Under the pieces are notes generated by a model. The model made no database searches and had not been told where the DNA came from. It worked only from the letters and a program-made list of their open reading frames with translations. Of a stretch of DNA of 64,000 bases, positions 37,680 through 45,256 are shown one piece after another (position 1 is the stretch's first letter; each line of letters starts with the position of its first letter). The position numbers and the translations under genes are program-made. The stretch lies in contig JAHDCX010000002.1 of the NCBI GenBank assembly GCA_020629635.1, forward strand, positions 25,591-89,590. The letters run 5' to 3'. The DNA comes from Acidimicrobiales bacterium (lineage in GTDB: Bacteria; Actinomycetota; Acidimicrobiia; Acidimicrobiales; SHLQ01).

Positions 37680-38462
37680 TCACCGTCCGTAGAACGTGGT
37701 GCGGGCGGAGGCGGACAGGGCGATGTCGGGTTCGACGTTGAACGCGAAGACCACGAGGATGCGTGTCCGTGGCCCCGCCGATGGTGTCACCCGATGCAAC
37801 GAGTCGCGCCCCCGGAAGATGACGAGATCTCCCGGGGCCATGTCGAGGGTCTGGACGTGATGACCGTCATCGAGCACCGACGCGAGCCGTTCGTGCTCCG
37901 CCGGGTCGCCGTGACCACGTCCGGCCGAACGGATGGACGGTGCGTACTCGAACGCGCCCCCTCGTTCTGGAGCCTGGATGAGCGCGGTCACGGCGAAGGA
38001 TGAGTTGTCGAAGTGCCACCCCAGCTCTTCACCGTCGCGATGGAAGTGCACGTTGATCGACGACACGTCGTCGGCGTACGGGTGCAAACCCTCAACGCCG
38101 AGCACACCGATCAGGTGGTCTCGAAGGGTCCGATCGGTGTAGACGGCGCGGAGCGCCGAGTCCGTCGTGATCTGGTCATCGGCGAGCAGGCCCTTCGTGC
38201 TCACGATCTGGCGATTGACGAGGTGATCGGGCCCGAGGCTGGGATCGCCGTCGGTCAGGTAGACGTTGTGGGTCGACGACGCATAGAAGGCGTCGCTCTC
38301 GCGACCGTCGACTTCGGCCAAGACGGCGTCGAGACATGACGCCGTCAGCAGTCGGTCGAGTACGAGAACCCCGTGCTCGGCGAGCGTTCGGCGATCACGA
38401 GCGATGGCGTCGGGGTCGGCCAATCGGTGCCGTGCGGCGTCAATGAGCGCCGTCACGGCCAC
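37680..38462 (-). CDS. Fe(II)/2-oxoglutarate-dependent oxygenase
   Basis: WHFDNS (HxD) ... SLHRVTP, with jelly-roll spacing. Confidence 0.7.
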   Translation of the reverse strand: MAVTALIDAARHRLADPDAIARDRRTLAEHGVLVLDRLLTASCLDAVLAEVDGRESDAFYASSTHNVYLTDGDPSLGPDHLVNRQIVSTKGLLADDQITTDSALRAVYTDRTLRDHLIGVLGVEGLHPYADDVSSINVHFHRDGEELGWHFDNSSFAVTALIQAPERGGAFEYAPSIRSAGRGHGDPAEHERLASVLDDGHHVQTLDMAPGDLVIFRGRDSLHRVTPSAGPRTRILVVFAFNVEPDIALSASARTTFYGR

Positions 38463-39340
38463 AGCACCGGGAACCAGTCGGTTCGCATCGGATCACCCGG
38501 CTGGAGGTCGAGGCCCTCGAGTGGGGGAGAGGTCGCACCCGGCCGCTCGACGTACACCGCGTCGTCACCGAGCCATCGAGTGCTGAAGGCGCGGCGCCGT
38601 CCGGTCACGGGCGCGGCCGTCGTCCCGTGCAGCGTGCGAAAGTCGAAGATGAGCGCGTCGCCAGCTTGGAGAGCTGCGGAGAAGACGCGCGGGTCGTCGT
38701 CGTCGACTGCGTCGGTTGAGCGCATCGTGGCGTCCTCGGACGCGTACTCAGAACCATCGACGAATGTCCGCGGTCGGTAGAGCACGCCGTCGCGGTGCGA
38801 ACCCGTGAGGAACCTGACGGCGGTTTCGGCGGGCGTGTCGTCGAGCGCGACGTACACGCTTGCCGTCTGCGATCCGTCGACGCAGTAGTACGGAAGGTCG
38901 TGATGCCACGGCGTGGCCTTGGCGACGCCACCCTCCTTGGCGAACACGTGCTCGTGGAACAACTGGGCTCGTTCGGACCGCATGCACTGCGCCGCCAGAT
39001 GGGCGGCGGGCGAGGTGAGCACGTGCGCCAAGAACTCCGGTATGCGCTGCCAGTTGCAGTAGGCGTCGAAGAAGCGGCCGGACTCGCCCCCTCGTGTGCT
39101 CTCGCACGGGAAGGCGAAACGATGCGGCGCTTCGAGCAGTCGATCGAGTCCCCGTCGAAGACGCTCGACGTCGTCCGCAAACACGCCGGGCACCTTCACG
39201 ACTCCGTCGGTTGCGAACTGTTGGACCGTCTCGGCACTGAGCTGGAGAGATGACCGCTGCGTGGATTCGACGACCGGCCCCACGTCGTCGAACACGCGCC
39301 AATCGACGGTCGACCGATTGCCGGTTTCGACCCCGCTCAC
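38453..39340 (-). CDS. Phytanoyl-CoA dioxygenase (PhyH) family protein
   Basis: TPWHHDLPYY (HxD), FLTGSHRDG, FDFRTLHGT. Confidence 0.8.
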   Translation of the reverse strand: MSGVETGNRSTVDWRVFDDVGPVVESTQRSSLQLSAETVQQFATDGVVKVPGVFADDVERLRRGLDRLLEAPHRFAFPCESTRGGESGRFFDAYCNWQRIPEFLAHVLTSPAAHLAAQCMRSERAQLFHEHVFAKEGGVAKATPWHHDLPYYCVDGSQTASVYVALDDTPAETAVRFLTGSHRDGVLYRPRTFVDGSEYASEDATMRSTDAVDDDDPRVFSAALQAGDALIFDFRTLHGTTAAPVTGRRRAFSTRWLGDDAVYVERPGATSPPLEGLDLQPGDPMRTDWFPVLWP

Positions 39341-40116
39341 GTCGCCGACCGCCTGCCGAGGAAGTCCTCGATCAGCGGCAGCAGCCGATCCGGTGCCTCG
39401 ACGACGATCGAGTGGCGAAGGCCGTCGAGCACGTGCAGCTCGCTGTCTGCGAGCAGACGGTCAATCTCGACATTGAGACGTGGACTGCATCCAGGGTCAT
39501 GCTCGCCAGTGACGATGAGACAGGGTGCGGCCACCTCGTCCAACCACGGAGCCATCTCCGTTTCGGCGTACACGTCGAACACCGAGAGAAAGACCTCGGG
39601 AGGTGTGGTCAGGACCTGCTCGATGCGGCGTTCGATGATCGCCGGGTTCGCGGCTGCGAATGGCTCGGTGTACCACCGATCGACGAGCGTCGTGAGCACG
39701 TTCTCGATGCCTTCGCGTCGCATGCGGGCGACGACTCCTTGGACTCGGGAGGCGTCGTCGGCGGTGCGGGCCGCTGCGGTGCTGAGCAGCGTGACGGTCG
39801 AGGTCGTCGTCGGAAAGCGCTGCGCATAGCGAGGTCCGATCATCCCGCCGAGCGAGTGCCCGATCAGATGGATCGCCCCCAGACCGAGACGGTTCCGCAA
39901 CGCCTCGACGTCGTCGACGAGCTGGTCCAGGGTGTACGGCACCGCTGGTGTCGGACTGTCGCCGTGTCCACGCAGGTCCATCGATACACACGTGTAGCGA
40001 TCGGCCAATGCGTCGATGAGCGCAGCCCACGTCTCCTTCCGGGATCCGATGCCGTGAACGAAGATGATCGGAGGGCCGTCGCCTGTGACGTCGTACGCGA
40101 CGTCCACCGCGGTCAT
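39337..40116 (-). CDS. Alpha/beta hydrolase
   Basis: Start MTAVDVAYDV. PIIFVHGIGS, nucleophile elbow IGHSLGG, C-terminal LRHSIVVE. Confidence 0.85.
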   Translation of the reverse strand: MTAVDVAYDVTGDGPPIIFVHGIGSRKETWAALIDALADRYTCVSMDLRGHGDSPTPAVPYTLDQLVDDVEALRNRLGLGAIHLIGHSLGGMIGPRYAQRFPTTTSTVTLLSTAAARTADDASRVQGVVARMRREGIENVLTTLVDRWYTEPFAAANPAIIERRIEQVLTTPPEVFLSVFDVYAETEMAPWLDEVAAPCLIVTGEHDPGCSPRLNVEIDRLLADSELHVLDGLRHSIVVEAPDRLLPLIEDFLGRRSAT

Positions 40117-41168
40117 CGCGCGAAGGCCGGCATGACGTCGGCGGCGAAGCGCTCGAGCATGTCGGTGGTCTCTTCGGGCGACTGTCCGAGATTCGACGAG
40201 AGGATCATCTCGTCGATGCCCCGTTCGTCGTATTCGGCCAGGCGTTCGATCATCTCGTCGGGAGTTGCGATGAGGATGTTCGCGTCGAGCTCGTCGATTG
40301 TCTGGGTGCGCGGGAGCGGCAGGATGCAGCCGTTCTCGATCATTCCGGGCCCGGTGTAAACGTTGTCGAATCGGGAGTAGTAGTCGTGGGCCATCTCGAG
40401 CTTGGCCCGACGGTCGGCCTCGTTCTCGGCGCAGTACACGAGGCGGCTCAACATGATCCGCAGATGATCGCCGTCCGAGCCGAGCTCGGCCTTGGCTTCC
40501 TTGTGGGCGTTCACCTGCATGCGGAACAGGTCGGGGTCGCCGGCGAGTGGTGTCGTCTGGATGTCGAATCCCCGCAATGTCGAGCGGCGAATGCCCTCGT
40601 GGTTCATCGTGGCGATCATCATTCGAGGCCGTGGCTGGGTGAGCGGCCTCGGCATGATCGTCATCGGACCGAAGTCGTACCAGTCGCCGTGGTGTTCGAC
40701 CTCGGTCTCGGTCAGCAGACGAAGCAGCACCTCGAGCGACTCGTCGAAGCGTTCTCGGCTCTGTTCGATGGGTGAGCCGAGGCGCTCCATCTCGTGCGCG
40801 AACGCACCGCGACCGACGCCGAGCACGAGGCGACCCTTCGTGAGGATGTCGGCCATCGCGACTTCGCCGGCAAAGACCCGCATGTCGTGGAGCGGGAGCA
40901 CGGCCACGGAGGTGATCACGTCGAGGTGTTCGGTCTCGCATGCGACGGCCACCGCCATCTGGAGCGGTGCGGGGTTCATCAGGATGTTCATGATGTGGTG
41001 TTCGGGGATCGTCACCGATCGAAACCCGAGACGCTCGGCCGTCTTGGCGTGGTCGAGCATGTCATCGACCACCCGGTGGCTGCCATAGGAGGCGTCGGGG
41101 AGATACGCCGACAAGAAGAAGTCGAAGTCCACGCCCCCATGTTCGGTGTCTTGCCCGACCGAGGGCAA
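40113..41168 (-). CDS. Luciferase-like (LLM class) flavin-dependent monooxygenase
   Basis: AERLGFRSVTIPEHH, LVLGVGRGAFAHE. TIM-barrel length of 351 aa. Confidence 0.85.
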   Translation of the reverse strand: MPSVGQDTEHGGVDFDFFLSAYLPDASYGSHRVVDDMLDHAKTAERLGFRSVTIPEHHIMNILMNPAPLQMAVAVACETEHLDVITSVAVLPLHDMRVFAGEVAMADILTKGRLVLGVGRGAFAHEMERLGSPIEQSRERFDESLEVLLRLLTETEVEHHGDWYDFGPMTIMPRPLTQPRPRMMIATMNHEGIRRSTLRGFDIQTTPLAGDPDLFRMQVNAHKEAKAELGSDGDHLRIMLSRLVYCAENEADRRAKLEMAHDYYSRFDNVYTGPGMIENGCILPLPRTQTIDELDANILIATPDEMIERLAEYDERGIDEMILSSNLGQSPEETTDMLERFAADVMPAFAR

Positions 41169-41174
41169 GTGGGG

Positions 41175-41441
41175 TCAGTCGAAGCGGTCGATCTCCCGCT
41201 CGGCGATCCGGAACAGCTCGGCCTCGAAGTCTTCGGGTTCCACCGTCGTCATGAGCGCCTCGAGGGCACGGAGCCAGGTCATACGAGCCGCATAGACGGA
41301 TCGTCGTTCGTCGAGGTCGAACGCGGCGATGTGCTCCCAGACGGCGCGATTGTGCCGGTCGACGATTGCCGCCCACGCCTTCTCATGACCCGATCGAGCC
41401 GCGTCGGCGAGGTCGGCGGTGGTGGGTTCGTTCTCGTTCAC
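41175..41441 (-). CDS. Small protein resembling a stand-alone sigma-70 region 2
   Basis: ADAARSGHEKAWAAIVDRHNRAVWEHI resembles the ECF-sigma N-terminus. 88 aa, with no region 4. First gene of the operon. Confidence 0.5.
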   Translation of the reverse strand: MNENEPTTADLADAARSGHEKAWAAIVDRHNRAVWEHIAAFDLDERRSVYAARMTWLRALEALMTTVEPEDFEAELFRIAEREIDRFD

Positions 41442-41511
41442 TGGACGGGTACCTCCGCCGTTGATCGAGTACTGGACTGTCGCCGACGTCAGTAATTCTA
41501 CTCACGGTCCG

Positions 41512-41531
41512 TGTCGGTGAATTCACCGACA
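41512..41531. promoter_or_regulatory. Perfect 20-bp palindrome (candidate operator)
   Basis: tgtcggtgaattcaccgaca, in the divergent intergenic region between 41441 and 41569. Confidence 0.45.
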
Positions 41532-41568
41532 GTCGTCTGGTCAAGAACCCTGCCACGCACGGCTACAT

Positions 41569-42195
41569 GTGGCCGGATCGAATGCCGATGACTCGGCCAT
41601 GTTGTTGGCGCTGCTCGCCGTGCCCTTCCTGGTCGCACAAGCGTTGAGTCCTCGCCGCGCCATCCTGCGGATCGAGCCCGCCGCGGTCGTGCTGCTCGTT
41701 TGCGCCGTTGGTCTTCAGCTGATCGCCGCCGTCCAACCGGACATTGCCTACGCTGCGGTGCCCACGTCATTCCTCCTCGGCACGCTTGCGTTGACCCATG
41801 TCGCCTGGGAGTCGTCGAAGCGGCGCCTCCCGGCCGCACTGGCGGCGCTCGGCGGGACGATGAATCTGATCCCGATCACGATCTACGGTGCGATGCCGGT
41901 CGTGCGTTCGAGCCGTGAGCATGTCTCGGCGACGCCGATTGAGGAGCCCGAACTCCTCTCCGCGAAACACGTCGAACTCGATCTCCAGCTCTGGCCGAAC
42001 CCGGTCAGCCTGCTCGCCGACTGGATGCCCCTTCCGTGGATCAACGCGGTGATCAGTCCGGGCGACATTCTCCTGTTCGGCGCATTTCTCGTGCTTGGCG
42101 TGCACGCGGCCCGAACGACGAGTCCCGAACTTCAGATGGCTCCGAATGCGGCGAACAGCGCGACCGATGGGTCTTCGCTGATCACCGCAGCCTGA
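41569..42195 (+). CDS. DUF5317-like membrane protein
   Basis: LGGTMNLIPITIYGAMPVV and ISPGDILLFGAFLVLG fit the DUF5317 pattern. The 3' end overlaps the convergent CHAT gene by 64 nt. Confidence 0.6.
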   Translation: MAGSNADDSAMLLALLAVPFLVAQALSPRRAILRIEPAAVVLLVCAVGLQLIAAVQPDIAYAAVPTSFLLGTLALTHVAWESSKRRLPAALAALGGTMNLIPITIYGAMPVVRSSREHVSATPIEEPELLSAKHVELDLQLWPNPVSLLADWMPLPWINAVISPGDILLFGAFLVLGVHAARTTSPELQMAPNAANSATDGSSLITAA

Positions 42196-44558
42196 GCATT
42201 CGCCAGGGCGTGCGCCATCGTGGCGCCGGCGAGCATCTCGGTGTGCATCGACGTCATGAGGGCGACCGAGCGCTCGTCGTTTGCTGCTCCCGAGTTCGTC
42301 ACCAATCCGCGGCATCCTCGAGCGATGAGCACCGAGGCGAGGCCGAGTGACGAGCGGCCTGCGTTTCGACCGATTTCGCACGACGAGAAAACCAGCCGCG
42401 ACGGCACTGGGCCGTCCGCCAACAGGTCGTAGAACGTGAGTGGACCGTCGGCGAGTTCGAGGTTGCTCATCAGCGGATTGTCCGCTCGGAAGTGCCCGTG
42501 TGCGGCGAAGTGGACGAGGTCTGCGGATCGAAAGGCTTCGCGCACCGCGTCTGGTGAGGAGTCGCCCGGATCGATCCGGACGGCGTCGGGGTGGAGTGCC
42601 TGAAGTGCATCCAGTTCGCGGTCGGCGAAGTCCAGCCTCGGTCCGCCCACCAACACGACGTTCTCGATCGGAGGTGGATCGTGAGTCATGGCCACTCGGT
42701 GTTCGTACAGCGACGAGGCGTTGTGGACGTCGGCGGTGGTGAGCAGAGCCCACGGAATCGGTTCGAGATCAGGCTCTGTGATGGAGATGAAACGTTCTAT
42801 TCCATCGAACTGCGCGACGACCGGGCCGAGGATGTCTCGCAGGCCACCGATCAGCTTCTCGAGCCGCGTCGTGACGCCACCTGCGTTCATGCTGAGCGCT
42901 GTCTGGGCGCTCACCAATGCCCGCCGAAGCGTCGACCGGTCGATCGGACCGACGATCCGTTCATCGGTTGGGCTGAGGAACACCGCGCCCCAGAGCTCCT
43001 CACCACCGATCCCGAGCAGATGCACACTCGGACGATCGCTGATCGTCTCGGGTTCGACGTGCGTACCGACGCCCGAGTGGCGTTGACGCAGCGAGCGCAG
43101 CTCGTTCTCGAGACCGTGCAGGTCGGTCTCGATCAACGTCCTGGTCGCGCCCGAGGGGAGCGACTCGAGCTCCCGGACTCGAGCGCGGATCTGGTCCACG
43201 ATCGCCCGCTCGTTGTCATCGAGTGAGGGTTCTGGGGTGAAGAGCAGCTGTCGCTCTCGCTCGATGACTTCGGCGAGTCGATGCGCATCTCCGTTCTCGA
43301 TGGCGACTCGAGCGGCAACTTGGGTGAGTTGGCGCACCCGACCGTCGAGCACCGCCCGAACGTCAGACACGCCGAGGACGGAGGCCTGTGCGTCGGCCCG
43401 GTCATAGAAATCGTCAATGTGTCCGTTCACGGCACCCTGGTTGCTCTCCAGCCAAGCGAGCGCAGCAGCAGCCGCGGCGGCGTGAACCTGTCGGAGCGAG
43501 GACGTCCAGCCTTCGGTGGCCTCAGCCGACAGCAGCTCTCGGGCCAGCTCGGGTCGTCGATCCAGCAGATGGAATCCAGCGTCGACCGCGAGATCAGGGT
43601 GTGCCGTCAGTCCCTCGTCCGGGTCGAGGGTTGCGTTCTCGTCGACGAGGAGGTCGAGGACCTGTAGGGCTGCGCGGGCATCGATGACCTCCGCGGTCTC
43701 CTCGATACCTGCGGTTGTCGCAAGCGCGTCCTCGACCACTGCGCGGGCGGTTGCCCAGTCGCGTTGCATGGTGTGAACGCGGGCCCGCGCCATCGCGGTC
43801 TGCAGGACGCGGTGTGGGATGTGGTGAGCTCGGAATGCTTCGTCCGCACGTGCGAGTGCATCCATTGCTTCGGTTACAAGCCCGGCGTCGAGGAGAGCTC
43901 GACCCTTCTCGAGATGGGACTCTCCTGCGTCGATTCGATAGCCGTCGAAGGTCTGACTCTGCTCGAACAGATCGAGTGCTTCGGAGAGTCGTCCGCTGCG
44001 TGCGGCGATCGTCGCGAGATTGAATGTTCCACGCCGGTATGCGTACGAACCAGGGTCAACTCGCTCAAGGCACCGCTCGAGGGCCTCTTTGGCCTGGCCG
44101 AGTCGACCTGAGTAGATCGCGAGCACTCCAAGGTTGATCAGTCCGATCGGGACGCGCAATGCGGGGGCGGGGTCTGCGTCGACGCTCTCGAGAAAAGCCT
44201 GTTCGGCGTCGTCGAATCGTCGAAGTTCCGCATAGATCGTCCCGAGGAAGCTCCAGAGTCGGTGGACGAGCCCCGTGTCTCGCAGCCGAACGATGTCGGC
44301 GTTCAGACGCGTCGCCGCCTCGAGTGGCGATCCACCGAACGAGATGTCCATTGCCCTGGCACAGCACAGGATGCACTCGACATCACCATCGGCCGTCGAG
44401 TCGATCCAGTCGTCGAGTTCGGGGGGAGCGGGCTCTCCGAGTCGAACGCGACCGAGCACTGCGAATGCGCGCTGGTCCTCGGACGCGTCATCAGGCGGTT
44501 CGTTGTATCGCGTGGGATGTTCGATCAGGTCCGCCCAAATGGCGTCCAGATCGGTCAT
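42132..44558 (-). CDS. TPR-repeat protein with C-terminal CHAT (caspase-like) protease domain
   Basis: C-terminus carries LVHFAAHGHF (His) and LVFSSCEIG (Cys), the CHAT dyad context. The N-terminal 500 aa are helical, TPR-like repeats. No Walker A motif seen. Confidence 0.85.
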   Translation of the reverse strand: MTDLDAIWADLIEHPTRYNEPPDDASEDQRAFAVLGRVRLGEPAPPELDDWIDSTADGDVECILCCARAMDISFGGSPLEAATRLNADIVRLRDTGLVHRLWSFLGTIYAELRRFDDAEQAFLESVDADPAPALRVPIGLINLGVLAIYSGRLGQAKEALERCLERVDPGSYAYRRGTFNLATIAARSGRLSEALDLFEQSQTFDGYRIDAGESHLEKGRALLDAGLVTEAMDALARADEAFRAHHIPHRVLQTAMARARVHTMQRDWATARAVVEDALATTAGIEETAEVIDARAALQVLDLLVDENATLDPDEGLTAHPDLAVDAGFHLLDRRPELARELLSAEATEGWTSSLRQVHAAAAAAALAWLESNQGAVNGHIDDFYDRADAQASVLGVSDVRAVLDGRVRQLTQVAARVAIENGDAHRLAEVIERERQLLFTPEPSLDDNERAIVDQIRARVRELESLPSGATRTLIETDLHGLENELRSLRQRHSGVGTHVEPETISDRPSVHLLGIGGEELWGAVFLSPTDERIVGPIDRSTLRRALVSAQTALSMNAGGVTTRLEKLIGGLRDILGPVVAQFDGIERFISITEPDLEPIPWALLTTADVHNASSLYEHRVAMTHDPPPIENVVLVGGPRLDFADRELDALQALHPDAVRIDPGDSSPDAVREAFRSADLVHFAAHGHFRADNPLMSNLELADGPLTFYDLLADGPVPSRLVFSSCEIGRNAGRSSLGLASVLIARGCRGLVTNSGAANDERSVALMTSMHTEMLAGATMAHALANAQAAVISEDPSVALFAAFGAI

Positions 44559-44579
44559 CTCCTCATCGGCAACCGTGGA

Positions 44580-44939
44580 TCAGTTGAGCCAGTTCGTGGC
44601 CCAGACGTCGGCGTCGGCGTCGATGACGAAGCGGAAGCTCTGCGTGGGAGGGGTCAACTCGAAGGTGCCGATGAAGTCCACGTCGATCGTCTCGACGTTC
44701 GCCTTGGTCTGCAGGTGCACGGCCACCACGTCGTCTGCGTCGAGCACGCCCGTCAGGAGCCCATCTTCGACCGACCAGAGAAGGCTCGTGTCGTTGCGCT
44801 CGACACGGTGAGCATCGAGGGTCGCTGACGAGCGGATGCCCACGAGGTCAGCGGCGCCGCTCGCTTCGACGACAGGAACGTCGCGAAAGGCGAAGGCAGC
44901 CTTGGCTTCGTCGCCGATGTGGTCAATCGATTCGCTCAT
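44580..44939 (-). CDS. Hypothetical 119-aa protein upstream of the CHAT gene
   Basis: ORF 44580..44939, 21 nt from the CHAT start. Acidic and probably all-beta. No recognisable motif. Confidence 0.55.
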   Translation of the reverse strand: MSESIDHIGDEAKAAFAFRDVPVVEASGAADLVGIRSSATLDAHRVERNDTSLLWSVEDGLLTGVLDADDVVAVHLQTKANVETIDVDFIGTFELTPPTQSFRFVIDADADVWATNWLN

Positions 44940-45021
44940 GCAGTCCCGTCTCCGATTGCGTTTCGCTCACTGTATCGAGCGCGGCAACGGAGGACCAGAG
45001 TCGAATCGATTACAACCTCTC

Positions 45022-45123
45022 TCAGCTCGTGAACATTGGCGCTGCGGTGGTGAACCACAGGGCTGCGCCGAAGGCGACGAGACCGAGACTGCGGGCGATG
45101 GTGCGAAACTGCGACTTGCTCAT
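45022..45123 (-). CDS. Candidate 33-aa membrane peptide
   Basis: MSKSQFRTIARSLGLVAFGAALWFTTAAPMFTS. SD aggagag lies 7 nt upstream of the ATG. High GC3. Below the ORF-track cutoff. Confidence 0.4.
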   Translation of the reverse strand: MSKSQFRTIARSLGLVAFGAALWFTTAAPMFTS

Positions 45124-45205
45124 TGCGTTCTCTCCTGTGATTGCGGGATGCACAAGAGATCGGCATGTCACGTCGGGGGTCTTGATGGCTCTCCCATGGG
45201 TCGTT

Positions 45206-45223
45206 GCTCCCGCCGAGGGGAGC
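45206..45223. terminator. Stem-loop downstream of the oxidoreductase gene
   Basis: gctccc-gccgag-gggagc, 34 nt past the stop at 45257. No clear U-tract on the minus strand. Confidence 0.3.
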
Positions 45224-45256
45224 CGTTTGGCCCAGTTCTGAGCCAGGAGCGTGGGA

